DNA from: an uncultured Erysipelotrichaceae bacterium
GTDB taxonomy: Bacteria > Bacillota_I > Bacilli_A > Erysipelotrichales > Erysipelotrichaceae
NCBI GenBank assembly: GCA_942493105.1
Contig: OW818668.1
Location: 1,380,001 to 1,412,000, forward strand
DNA: 32,000 nt
Direction: 5' to 3'
Shown here: positions 1-8,442 of the stretch, in pieces
How positions within the stretch are numbered: position 1 is the first letter of the stretch
Layout: the number at the start of each line of letters is the position of its first letter
Translations under genes and position numbers: made by a program
Notes under the pieces: model-generated
What the model was told of the DNA's origin: nothing
Seen by the model: only the letters and a program-made list of their open reading frames with translations
The model's database searches: none

Positions 1-359
1 GGCAGATAACGTTCTGTCGTTGCACCATGGCTGACCATGATCGCATCGGCTTGTTCTATGTAGTTTAAAACCGTATGGTTGGGTAAAAAATCTGTTAACC
101 AACCTCCGTATTCAGTTGAGATAATGTATTTTCCATCAGAATAAGCACCAGCACCTGCCAGTCCTTCCATGACGCCGCAGGTTGGACAATTGATACAAGA
201 AGGGACCTTACCTGTGATGATGGGACAGCTACGATGGGTAATATCATGTCCTTTTTCAATAAGGGTGATCTTTAGGGTGGGTTGTTTTTCAATCAGCCGA
301 GTAGCTGCCATCAGGCCACTGATTCCACCACCGATAATAACGACGTTGACTTTGTCCAT
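1..359 (-). CDS. FAD/NAD(P)-binding oxidoreductase, N-terminal portion (gene continues past left edge)
   Basis: Absent from the ORF track because it is truncated. Reverse translation from the ATG at 359..357 stays open to position 1: MDKVNVVIIGGGISGLMAATRLIEKQ...HRSCPIITGKVPSCINCPTCGVMEGLAGAGAYSDGKY. N-terminal GxGxxG Rossmann motif plus a Cys-rich segment; GGAG Shine-Dalgarno at 366..369 on the minus strand. Confidence 0.6.
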   Translation of the reverse strand, partial: MDKVNVVIIGGGISGLMAATRLIEKQPTLKITLIEKGHDITHRSCPIITGKVPSCINCPTCGVMEGLAGAGAYSDGKYIISTEYGGWLTDFLPNHTVLNYIEQADAIMVSHGATTERYL

Positions 360-459
360 AGGTTTCTCCAACGTCCATTATTTTACCTTAATTGAGTTCA
401 ATTTACAACCACGTTTGACAGTTCAGGTGTCCTGTGTCAGAATAAATCCGAGGTGTTTT

Positions 460-852
460 ATGGGAACAAAAGTCACGGCTATCTTAGATTTTAAGAACAC
501 ATTTCAAGGACAACTTCAGTTGAGAGAAGGAGTCATCAACATTGGCTTGGCCGATGATGAAGCCAGACCTTATGATTTACTGCAAGGTGCTCTGGTATCT
601 TGCTTACACTCAACATTCTTGGATATCTTAGAAAAGAAACGTTTGTCTATTGAGTTTGCCCATTATGAGGTTGAAGGTGAAAAACGTGATGATGTCCCAA
701 CGACTTTAAAAAGTGTCCATGTTGTGGTCACTTTGCCTTTAGGAAATGAAGAAGCAATGATAAAATCCATGGAACTGGCTAAGAAATACTGTTCTGTATT
801 CAATACAATTTCACAAGTTGCTGAAATGAGCCTTGAAATCCGCTTTAAATGA
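460..852 (+). CDS. OsmC/Ohr family (peroxiredoxin-like) protein
   Basis: In-frame ATG at 460 inside track ORF 169..852, preceded by GAGGTG (450..455). MGTKVTAILDFKN...PYDLLQGALVSCLHSTF...MELAKKYCSVFNT has the two-Cys OsmC-like layout and the right size (130 aa). The 169..459 extension overlaps the minus-strand gene and the intergenic region. Confidence 0.7.
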   Translation: MGTKVTAILDFKNTFQGQLQLREGVINIGLADDEARPYDLLQGALVSCLHSTFLDILEKKRLSIEFAHYEVEGEKRDDVPTTLKSVHVVVTLPLGNEEAMIKSMELAKKYCSVFNTISQVAEMSLEIRFK

Positions 853-904
853 CTTGATTTTACGATTTAGAGGTGTATGATGAGTAAGTCTTCGGGCAAA
901 AAAC

Positions 905-2305
905 ATGAAAAAACACACATTTTTAGATAGATTTACTTTTGGATCACTTAAACCTGCACAGCAGATCGTTTTAAGTTTTGCCGGAGTCATATTGACTGGC
1001 GGCATTCTTTTATCGCTTCCCATCAGTAATCAATCCACAGCTCCCATCGTGCCATTTTTAGATCATTTGTTTACTTCAACTTCGGCGGTTTGTGTGACTG
1101 GTTTAACGACCATCGTCGTAGCGACCCAATACACTTTATTTGGTCATCTTGTGATCTTGTTTTTAATGCAAATCGGTGGTTTGGGACTTATGACTATGAT
1201 TGCAGCTTTTGTGATATATCTGGGCAGTAAGATGACCTTATCAGATCGTTTATCGATTCTAGAAGCAACCAATCGAGCTGGTTTTCATGATTTTAAGAAA
1301 TTCATCCTTAACATTGTTAAATATACTTTTATATTTGAATTTGTTGGATTTTTGATTATGTTGATACAATTGGTTCCTGAATATGGTTTATGGGACGGGA
1401 TGTTCAAATCACTATTTACAGCCGTCAGTGCTTTCTGTAATGCTGGGCTTGATATTTTTGGATCAACCAGCATGATCGAATATGTCAGTAACCCAATCAT
1501 GAGTTTGACTGTTGCTGCTTTGATTGTTATGGGTGGTTTAGGTTTTGGGGTATGGTTTGACTTATCCCGGGCATCTAAATCCATCATTAAGAATAGATTG
1601 GATACAAGAAATATCCTTCAACATCTAAAGATACACACAAAATTAGCTGTTATTATGACAATTCTTCTGATTGTTTCGGGATTGTTACTGATCTTTGGAT
1701 TCGAATATACAAATCCCAACAGTTTAGCATCACTAGATTTTGGAACAAAAATCATGTCGAGCTTATTTCAATCTGTTACATTGAGAACTGCTGGATTCGC
1801 GACCTTGAATATTGGGTTGTTACGACCAGCAACTCAAATGATCATGATCGTCTACATGTTTATCGGGGGTTCTCCTGGCGGTACAGCTGGCGGTATCAAA
1901 ACCACGACCTTTGCGATACTGATATTAATGATTTTTGCAGAACTTAGAAGTCAAAAAAACATCATCGTCTTTGGTAGGACGATTGAACGAGAACTCTTTA
2001 GAAAAGCATTCATTATCTTCTTTATCTTGCTTTCTACATTATTTATTGGTATTTTACTCTTAAGCTTGATTGAGCCCTTTGAATCTCTAGCCATCGTATT
2101 TGAGGCTACCTCGGCCATTGCGACCGTAGGTTTATCAATGGGAATCACGGCTTCGTTAAGTGAGTTTGGCAAGATGATCATCATTGCCTTGATGTATCTG
2201 GGACGAATTGGACCACTGACTTTATTGCTGAGTATCGGTGATCATAAAAAACATATTAAAACAAACGACATGACATATCCGTCTGCCAACATACTGATTG
2301 GCTAA
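905..2305 (+). CDS. ktrB: K+ uptake system membrane subunit, TrkH/KtrB family
   Basis: 466-aa polytopic membrane protein with repeated selectivity-filter-like segments (TSAVCVTGL, FCNAGLD, RTAGFAT, TVGLSMG), immediately followed by a KtrA/TrkA gene. Confidence 0.9.
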   Translation: MKKHTFLDRFTFGSLKPAQQIVLSFAGVILTGGILLSLPISNQSTAPIVPFLDHLFTSTSAVCVTGLTTIVVATQYTLFGHLVILFLMQIGGLGLMTMIAAFVIYLGSKMTLSDRLSILEATNRAGFHDFKKFILNIVKYTFIFEFVGFLIMLIQLVPEYGLWDGMFKSLFTAVSAFCNAGLDIFGSTSMIEYVSNPIMSLTVAALIVMGGLGFGVWFDLSRASKSIIKNRLDTRNILQHLKIHTKLAVIMTILLIVSGLLLIFGFEYTNPNSLASLDFGTKIMSSLFQSVTLRTAGFATLNIGLLRPATQMIMIVYMFIGGSPGGTAGGIKTTTFAILILMIFAELRSQKNIIVFGRTIERELFRKAFIIFFILLSTLFIGILLLSLIEPFESLAIVFEATSAIATVGLSMGITASLSEFGKMIIIALMYLGRIGPLTLLLSIGDHKKHIKTNDMTYPSANILIG

Positions 2306-2316
2306 AAGGAGCTTCT

Positions 2317-2985
2317 ATGAAACAAAAAACATATGCGATCTTAGGTTTAGGCGTCTTTGGTTCTACCATTGCTAAAACTTTAAGTGAATACCATTGTGAG
2401 GTCATTGGAATTGACAGTGACATGACTTGTGTTGAACGTGTTGCTGAATACGCGACCCAAGCGGTTCAAGCTGACTTTACGGACATTGATCAATTACGAG
2501 AACTTGGAATCCAAGATGTGGATGTTGCGGTCATTGCAGCGGGGAGCCGCTTGGAATCTTCAATCATGGCGGTCCTTCACCTGAAGGAACTTGGTGTGCC
2601 ATATATCGTAGCCAAAGCAAAAAATAAGATCTATATGCAGATCCTTTTAAAGGTCGGCGCTGATAAAGTAATTCGTCCTGAGAAAGAAATGGGAGAACGT
2701 GTCGCTAAAACCTTGTTAAGCCGCAATGTCGTTGATATGATCGACATTGATGATGATTACTCGATCATGGAATTGGCAGCGCCAAAGGATTGGATTAATT
2801 CAGCGTTAAAGGATTTGGATGTTCGAAACAAATTCGGTTTAAATATCTTGGGTGTTCGTAATGGAGAAAATGCCAAACTCAATTTCAGTATCAATGGAGA
2901 TTATGTCGTAAAAGCTGAAGACCAATTACTGGTTATAGTTGAAGCCAATAAATTTGAAGCCATGGAATATCAAGGAAAATTGTAA
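2317..2985 (+). CDS. ktrA: K+ uptake system peripheral NAD-binding subunit, TrkA/KtrA family (RCK N+C domains)
   Basis: 222 aa; N-terminal ILGLGVFGSTIAKTL Rossmann motif and a C-terminal TrkA-C-like segment; strong SD AAAGGAG upstream; adjacent to ktrB. Confidence 0.9.
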   Translation: MKQKTYAILGLGVFGSTIAKTLSEYHCEVIGIDSDMTCVERVAEYATQAVQADFTDIDQLRELGIQDVDVAVIAAGSRLESSIMAVLHLKELGVPYIVAKAKNKIYMQILLKVGADKVIRPEKEMGERVAKTLLSRNVVDMIDIDDDYSIMELAAPKDWINSALKDLDVRNKFGLNILGVRNGENAKLNFSINGDYVVKAEDQLLVIVEANKFEAMEYQGKL

Positions 2986-3010
2986 GAACGGCAAGCCGTT
3001 CTTTTTCTTT
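2986..3010 (+). terminator. Rho-independent terminator after ktrA
   Basis: GAACGG-caag-CCGTTC hairpin (2986..3001) followed by TTTTTCTTTTT. Confidence 0.75.
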
Positions 3011-3026
3011 TTATCGTTTCATCGCT

Positions 3027-3032
3027 TATAAT
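3027..3032 (+). promoter_or_regulatory. Candidate -10 box (TATAAT) 6 nt upstream of the arginase-like ATG; possible leaderless start
   Basis: TATAAT at 3027..3032, then aaagtc, then ATG at 3039. No SD in the preceding 20 nt; the -35 is weak (TTTCTT). Confidence 0.35.
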
Positions 3033-3038
3033 AAAGTC

Positions 3039-3866
3039 ATGATAAAGAGAATCGGTGCAGAGTTTATTGAAGGCTGTGGTATTCTGGGAGCTGATTTGGC
3101 GATCAAATCCTTAATGGATATGCTAGAGTTCGATGAAATCATTTCAGCTGATCCCAGTTTACGAAAAGACGAAGACCCACTTTACTTAAGTGCTGTGGTT
3201 GACTTTTGTCAACGCATCAAATCGACAGTTGATAGAACCCTTGATATGGGTGATTTTCCATTGGTCTTTGGTGGTGATCATGCCCTGGCTATTGGAAGTG
3301 TGGCTGGAACATTAACTAAAGATACGGGTGTATTATGGATCGATGCCCATGGAGATTGTAATACAGATTTGAGTTCCATCAGCAGAAGGATACACGGGAT
3401 GCCTTTAGCGGTTCTGCAAGGCCATGGTCATCCTCGATTGACTCAAATCAATGATGAGGTATTAAAATCAGACCATATCTTACAGATTGGGATTCGATCT
3501 CTGGATAAACAAGAAGCGATCCAGATGAAAGAATGGGGAGTCCGTTCGATATTGATGGAAGAGATCAGAATACATGGACTTGAGTGGATGATCGAAGAAG
3601 TCAAACGATTTATGGAAACTTATCCTAGAATACACATTTCATTTGATTGTGATAGTATCGATCCACAAGAAGCACCAGGTGTGAATACACCCTATAAAAA
3701 TGGCTTTACACAAGAAGAAATCTTTATTATATTAAATGCGATATCGTTTGGAAAAGTGTGCAGTATGGATATCGTTGAATATAATCCGTTGTTGGATAAT
3801 GGGACAACCAAAACCATGATTATATCGATCGATGCTTTGGTACACCAAAAGAAAGGGCTGTTATGA
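3039..3866 (+). CDS. Arginase/ureohydrolase family protein (arginase-like)
   Basis: All three Mn-binding motifs are present (GGDHALAIG, WIDAHGDCNT, SFDCDSIDP), plus the arginase-type HGMPLAV and DIVEYNP segments. 275 aa, slightly short at the N-terminus. Confidence 0.8.
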   Translation: MIKRIGAEFIEGCGILGADLAIKSLMDMLEFDEIISADPSLRKDEDPLYLSAVVDFCQRIKSTVDRTLDMGDFPLVFGGDHALAIGSVAGTLTKDTGVLWIDAHGDCNTDLSSISRRIHGMPLAVLQGHGHPRLTQINDEVLKSDHILQIGIRSLDKQEAIQMKEWGVRSILMEEIRIHGLEWMIEEVKRFMETYPRIHISFDCDSIDPQEAPGVNTPYKNGFTQEEIFIILNAISFGKVCSMDIVEYNPLLDNGTTKTMIISIDALVHQKKGLL

Positions 3867-5368
3867 CCTCCTATATTTTAGCCATTGATCAAGGAACAAG
3901 TAGTTCAAGAGCCATCATTTTTGATAAGCAACTCAACATTGTTTCCTTAGGCCAAAGAGAATTTCCAAGCTATTATCCTCAGCCGTCTTGGGTTGAACAG
4001 AATGCAGATGAGATCTTTGCCTCAGTGGTTTCTGTGGTCTCAGAGAGCTTAGCTAAAGCACGATTGAGTGGTAAAGACATCAAAGCCATTGCCATCACCA
4101 ATCAGCGAGAAACCACCATTGTGTGGGATAAAAATACAGGGAATCCCGTTTATTTTGCCTTAGTTTGGCAATCTAGACAAACGGCTGATTTATGTGATAT
4201 CAAACGTAAAAAAGGTTTTGAGCCTTTGTTTAAGCGTAAAACTGGCTTGGTTTTAGATCCTTATTTTTCAGCCTCTAAGATCAGGTTCATTCTCGATCAT
4301 ATTGAGAATGGTCAACAAAGAGCCGAAGCTGGTGAATTGTGTTTTGGGACAGTGGATACATGGTTGACCTATAAATTGACCAAAGGCAAGACGTTTAAAA
4401 CAGATGTCTCTAATGCATCACGAACTTTACTGATGAATATCATGACCTGTGAGTGGGATGAGGAACTCTGTCGTGCTTGGAACATTCCACTGAACATGCT
4501 TCCAGAAATCGTAGATACCAGTACTTTAGTTGGTGAGGTTGATCCATCTTATTTTGGAGCTTCAATTCCGATCGCTGCCTTGGTTGGTGATCAGCAAGCT
4601 GCCTTATTTGGTCAATTGTGTTTAAGTCCGGGCGATGTTAAAAATACGTATGGGACAGGATGCTTTATGTTGATGAATACTGGAAGTGAAAAGATCCAGT
4701 CTAAACATGGCCTATTGAGTACTGTTGCTTGGCGTTTCAAAGGCCAAACAACCTATGCTTTAGAAGGCAGTGTCTTTATTGCCGGTTCAGCGGTTCAATG
4801 GTTAAGAGATGGCTTAGGTTTGATTCGTCATTCTGAAGATTCTTGTCAGATCTGCAATGAAATCAAAGATAGTCATGGGGTCATCATTGTTCCGGCTTTT
4901 GTTGGATTAGGGGCCCCTTATTGGAACTCTAATGTTCAGGGTGCCATGTTTGGTTTGACTCGTGGGACAACGGATCAGCATATCGTAAGGGCCACTGTAG
5001 AATCCATTGCCTATCAATGCAGCGATGTGATTACTGCTATGGAAAAAGATGCCCATCAAAACATCAAGAAATTGAAAGTTGATGGAGGTGCATCACGCAA
5101 TGACTTCTTGATGCAGTTTCAAGCAGATATCCTAAATACGGATGTTGTTAGACCTATGATTTCAGAGACTACAGCCTTAGGTGCTGCGATGTTGGCTGGT
5201 TTGGCTGTTGGGGTCTATAAAGATACCTCGGATCTATCTAAGGTCTGGAAAGCCTCATTTGCCTTTAAACCAAAGATGGATGAAGAATTGAGACTTGCTA
5301 AATTACAGCGTTGGGAAATGGCTGTTAAAGCTGCCATGGCTTTTAAAACTGATAACCATGAGATATAA
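3863..5368 (+). CDS. glpK: Glycerol kinase
   Basis: 501 aa; YILAIDQGTSSSRAIIFD, ITNQRETTIVWDK, VGDQQAALFGQ and VDGGASRNDFLMQFQADIL are textbook FGGY/GlpK motifs. ATGA overlap with the upstream gene. Confidence 0.95.
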   Translation: MTSYILAIDQGTSSSRAIIFDKQLNIVSLGQREFPSYYPQPSWVEQNADEIFASVVSVVSESLAKARLSGKDIKAIAITNQRETTIVWDKNTGNPVYFALVWQSRQTADLCDIKRKKGFEPLFKRKTGLVLDPYFSASKIRFILDHIENGQQRAEAGELCFGTVDTWLTYKLTKGKTFKTDVSNASRTLLMNIMTCEWDEELCRAWNIPLNMLPEIVDTSTLVGEVDPSYFGASIPIAALVGDQQAALFGQLCLSPGDVKNTYGTGCFMLMNTGSEKIQSKHGLLSTVAWRFKGQTTYALEGSVFIAGSAVQWLRDGLGLIRHSEDSCQICNEIKDSHGVIIVPAFVGLGAPYWNSNVQGAMFGLTRGTTDQHIVRATVESIAYQCSDVITAMEKDAHQNIKKLKVDGGASRNDFLMQFQADILNTDVVRPMISETTALGAAMLAGLAVGVYKDTSDLSKVWKASFAFKPKMDEELRLAKLQRWEMAVKAAMAFKTDNHEI

Positions 5369-6062
5369 ACTTGAAGTATGTTGTGGAAGCATTGAAGATG
5401 CTTTGGTTGCTCAAAAGATCAAAGCGGATCGAATAGAACTCAACGGAGGGCTAGAATTAGGCGGTGTAACCCCATCTTTAGGCATGCTCAGAAAGGTTAG
5501 AGCCTTGGTTTCCTTACCCATCCTAGTGATGATCAGACCTCATAATGGGATGTATCATTATAATGATTTAGATTTTGAACTGATGAAAGAAGATGCCCAG
5601 ATATTGCTTCAAGAAGGAGCAGATGGGATCGTTTTTGGTTGTTTGACAAAACAAGGCAAGATCGATGAAGAACGAGTCAAGGCTCTAGTCAAAATCGCTT
5701 CAGGTAAAACCACAGTGTTTCATAAGGCCATCGATGAGACTGACAATATTGAAGCATCTCTGCAAGTTTTGATTCGATGTAAAGTCGATCGAGTCTTATT
5801 GGGCGGTGGTTTAGGCAAGATCGAAGATCATCTTGAATTCATAGCTGAACTTCAAGAAAAATATGGTCAAGATATCGAATTATTACCTGGTGGTGGAATA
5901 CATAAAGATTTGGTCCTTAAAGTCATTCAAACCACGAAGGTCAATCAAATCCATATGACAGGTAAACGTCTTGAAATCAATCCAAAGACAAAAACAGCCC
6001 ATTCGATCGTTGATGAAACAACCTTAATTGAAGTTCAAAAGCTGCTTAAAAGTATCTCTTAA
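5358..6062 (+). CDS. cutC: CutC family (copper homeostasis protein CutC-like) TIM-barrel protein
   Basis: In-frame ATG at 5358 gives MRYKLEVCCGSIEDALVAQKIKADRIELNGGLELGGVTPSLG, the typical CutC N-terminus. The track start at 5295 would add 21 aa lying inside glpK. Overlaps the glpK stop by 11 nt. Confidence 0.8.
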   Translation: MRYKLEVCCGSIEDALVAQKIKADRIELNGGLELGGVTPSLGMLRKVRALVSLPILVMIRPHNGMYHYNDLDFELMKEDAQILLQEGADGIVFGCLTKQGKIDEERVKALVKIASGKTTVFHKAIDETDNIEASLQVLIRCKVDRVLLGGGLGKIEDHLEFIAELQEKYGQDIELLPGGGIHKDLVLKVIQTTKVNQIHMTGKRLEINPKTKTAHSIVDETTLIEVQKLLKSIS

Positions 6063-6096
6063 AGATAATGTCGACCCATAAGAAGTGGAGCTCTCT

Positions 6097-7044
6097 ATGA
6101 AAAGAATGATTTGGATGAGTTTGGTTTTGATGATGGTTTTGAGTGGCTGCATCAAGCAAATCGTTATCGACAAGGATCCCTATACCAACACCAATGCAGG
6201 AAAACTGCCTGATGGCCGATATGAGATTAATAATCATCCCTATTATGGGGTAGGCTATGTTTTTGATTTGTCTGATGAGTCAGAGTTTGAAGGCTTAGAT
6301 GTTTATGTCGTACATAATGAAAAAGAATTGGCTTTATTGATGGCGATCCATATCGATCAGTTGGCTCAGGATTTTTACTATGTTGAAGATCGGGAACTAA
6401 ACTATGATAAAGTATGGCCTTATTTATATTCGCTCTTAGTCAATGAGGTGACCATTGTCGAAGGAGAAGTTAAGCTGCCTGAATCTAAACCAACTGAAAC
6501 ATTTTATACGTATACCTTCACCTATGACTTTAAATCCTTACATATCGTTGAGAATACGATCGATGAATGGACCTACAAATATAAATCCAGTAGCTACTCA
6601 GATCATGACAGAGCAGAATTCAGCCTTGGAGACATGCTTAAAGAGGTAGAGTATGATGATGCAGCCTTGGATGATGAAACACGCACCGATGTTGCCTTTA
6701 GTGCTTATGGCGTATTCGAAGAAGGATTGGCTGTATGTAACGGTTATGCTCAAGCTTATATGGGAATCTTAAAAGATTTGGATGTTCCATCAATATTAGT
6801 GGCATCTCAAATCGATGATCATGCTTGGAATATGGTTTATGTGGATGGGGAATGGAGTTATGTTGATGCGACTTGGGAAGATGAATATTATGAGAATAGT
6901 GAATTTTGGACCTATTTCTTGATCAATCAAACTGAACTAGAAGAAGATCATCGGTTTGATTCAGGTACCTATGATACCTTAAATGCCAAAGACTATTTTG
7001 ATTTTGCAAGATATATATTCCCTCAAACAAAAGAAGCTCAGTGA
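6097..7044 (+). CDS. Lipoprotein with C-terminal transglutaminase-like (Cys-His-Asp) domain
   Basis: GGAG at 6087..6090, then ATG at 6097. Signal peptide with lipobox (MKRMIWMSLVLMMVLSGC). Core GLAVCNGYAQ...DDHAWNMVYVDGEWSYVDATW matches the transglutaminase-like cysteine peptidase fold. Confidence 0.7.
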   Translation: MKRMIWMSLVLMMVLSGCIKQIVIDKDPYTNTNAGKLPDGRYEINNHPYYGVGYVFDLSDESEFEGLDVYVVHNEKELALLMAIHIDQLAQDFYYVEDRELNYDKVWPYLYSLLVNEVTIVEGEVKLPESKPTETFYTYTFTYDFKSLHIVENTIDEWTYKYKSSSYSDHDRAEFSLGDMLKEVEYDDAALDDETRTDVAFSAYGVFEEGLAVCNGYAQAYMGILKDLDVPSILVASQIDDHAWNMVYVDGEWSYVDATWEDEYYENSEFWTYFLINQTELEEDHRFDSGTYDTLNAKDYFDFARYIFPQTKEAQ

Positions 7045-7054
7045 GCTTCTTTTT
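7028..7054. terminator. Bidirectional Rho-independent terminator between convergent genes
   Basis: GAAGCTC-agt-GAGCTTC perfect 7-bp stem (7033..7049) flanked by an A-run on the left and a T-run on the right. It overlaps the lipoprotein stop codon and lies 8 nt from the permease stop. Confidence 0.65.
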
Positions 7055-7061
7055 AGTTCAT

Positions 7062-8342
7062 TTAGGACCACAACAACCAAATCATCACATAGCCTGAGAT
7101 GACCGCAATTAGAGTGAAGGGAACTCCGATACTCATGAATTGCTTGGCTGAAACTTCATAGCCTTCTTTACGCAAGATCCCAAGACCTGCAATATTGGCA
7201 GAAGCCCCAATTGGAGTTAAGTTGCCGCCTAAGGTTGCCCCAACCAACAGTCCAAAATAAAGAATCGAAGGATTGATGTTGAGGGAAACCGCAATTGATG
7301 CCATAACTGGCAACATGGTTGCAACATACGGAATATTATCGATGAACGCAGATAAGAACACAGAAAACCAAACCACCAAAGTATAGATGATAAAGAGATT
7401 GCTCCCTGCGATTTTTGAGAATAAAGCACTAATATCATCAATCAATCCAGCTTCAGTGATAGCGCCAATGACCACAAAGAGTCCCATCAATAACAACAAA
7501 GTCTGGAAGTCGATTTCAAGTAATGCTTGCATGGCATTGGATCTGTTTTTGTTATATAACCACTCATAAATCAATCCAATGAGCATCAAAGAAATGCATA
7601 TGATCCCATTGATGTATTTTGTGATGATTGGATTACTAAAGGGAAACAAGGAAGCCAAAATCAATAAAGCGACCATTGAAATCAATAATACGGATGGGAA
7701 ATAGTCAGTTACTTTTTGTTTTTCATCTAAATGAATGACTTGTTTTTCTTTTCTAAATATCCATAAAAGAACAAACAATGTAATTAAAGCACTGATCTCA
7801 ACCACAAAGAACATGCCCATCTTACCTTGATAAACAAAGAAATCTAAGAAATTCATATTGGCAGCACCGCCCAGTAAGATGGAAGTGGTATCACCGACTA
7901 AAGTTGCTGCACCTTGAAGATTACTGGATACGGCAATTGCTATGATCGCATTGATGGGATTGATCTTTAGCTTTTTTGCGATTGTCATAGCAACTGGTGC
8001 AACCATCAATACCGTCGCAACATTATCGATAAATGCTGAAACAACCCCAGCAAATAAAGCCAAAGAAACGATGGCCCATTGTACATTAGGCGTCTTATCC
8101 AAAATGATATCAGCTAATAAAGCCGGCATTTTAGATTCAATGAATAGATAAACGATACCCATGGTTCCACCGATCATCATCAACACATTGAAGTCGATCG
8201 CAGATAATACATTGGCAACAGGCATGATGCCCAAAAGCACGAAGAGGGTAGCGGATCCTAAGGCCACATAAGTTCTGTACTTGGGGAAAATCAGCAAACA
8301 GGCGTAAGTCAATAAGAAGACAGTCAGTGCAAGTTCTTTCAT
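7062..8342 (-). CDS. Anion/ion permease of the ArsB/NhaD (CitMHS-like) superfamily
   Basis: 426-aa polytopic membrane protein with two-fold internal repeat character (FIDNVATVLMVAPV... and FIDNIPYVATMLPV...), typical of ArsB/NhaD-type permeases. Substrate not inferable. Confidence 0.6.
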   Translation of the reverse strand: MKELALTVFLLTYACLLIFPKYRTYVALGSATLFVLLGIMPVANVLSAIDFNVLMMIGGTMGIVYLFIESKMPALLADIILDKTPNVQWAIVSLALFAGVVSAFIDNVATVLMVAPVAMTIAKKLKINPINAIIAIAVSSNLQGAATLVGDTTSILLGGAANMNFLDFFVYQGKMGMFFVVEISALITLFVLLWIFRKEKQVIHLDEKQKVTDYFPSVLLISMVALLILASLFPFSNPIITKYINGIICISLMLIGLIYEWLYNKNRSNAMQALLEIDFQTLLLLMGLFVVIGAITEAGLIDDISALFSKIAGSNLFIIYTLVVWFSVFLSAFIDNIPYVATMLPVMASIAVSLNINPSILYFGLLVGATLGGNLTPIGASANIAGLGILRKEGYEVSAKQFMSIGVPFTLIAVISGYVMIWLLWS

Positions 8343-8349
8343 AACATTA

Positions 8350-8434
8350 CTATTCTATCAAAACCGAAGTCTTCGTTCAATCTTTCTTTTATCTAAGTAG
8401 ACCTTTTAATGCGACTTGGTTTTTGATAGAATAG
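8350..8434. promoter_or_regulatory. Divergent promoter pair built from a mirrored 16/17-bp inverted repeat, each arm carrying an extended -10 (TGaTAGAAT)
   Basis: Left arm CTATTCTATCAAAACC (8350..8365). The right arm GGTTTTTGATAGAATAG (8418..8434) is its reverse complement apart from one extra A/T in the run. Each arm reads TGATAGAAT toward its gene, 9 nt from the minus-strand ATG at 8342 and 10 nt from the plus-strand ATG at 8443. Confidence 0.5.
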
Positions 8435-8442
8435 AATGGCTT

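Noticed and set aside
413-446. Operator-like imperfect palindrome TGACAG...CTGTGTCA in the OsmC/oxidoreductase divergent region
   Set aside because: The arms are short and imperfect (an extra GT in the right arm) and overlap a TTGACA-like -35. This cannot be distinguished from chance.
169-459. N-terminal 97 codons of track ORF 169..852
   Set aside because: This stretch is antisense to the clearly coding FAD-oxidoreductase 5' end (1..359), and it spans the intergenic promoter region. The OsmC-like domain starts at the SD-preceded ATG at 460.
853-904. c-di-AMP (ydaO/kimA-type) riboswitch upstream of ktrB
   Set aside because: The intergenic space is only 52 nt, far too short for that riboswitch class, and no pseudo-two-fold structured region is visible.
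1285-1587. Antisense ORFs within long genes (for example 1285..1587, 1951..2184, 8771..9148, 11248..11714, 16361..16645, 18942..19268, 21493..21738, 28774..29120)
   Set aside because: All are embedded opposite or out of frame in genes with strong family motifs. They have biased, low-complexity translations and no SD or promoter, which is typical of shadow ORFs.
5295-5357. Longer starts from the ORF track for cutC (5295), lspA (14628), cvpA (18652), uvrC (21742), murI (23495), the dUTPase-like gene (13004), the SIS gene (25145) and the lipoprotein (6085)
   Set aside because: In each case the extension overlaps the upstream gene or a terminator and lacks an SD. An internal ATG with a proper SD (or a -10 box) reproduces the canonical family N-terminus.
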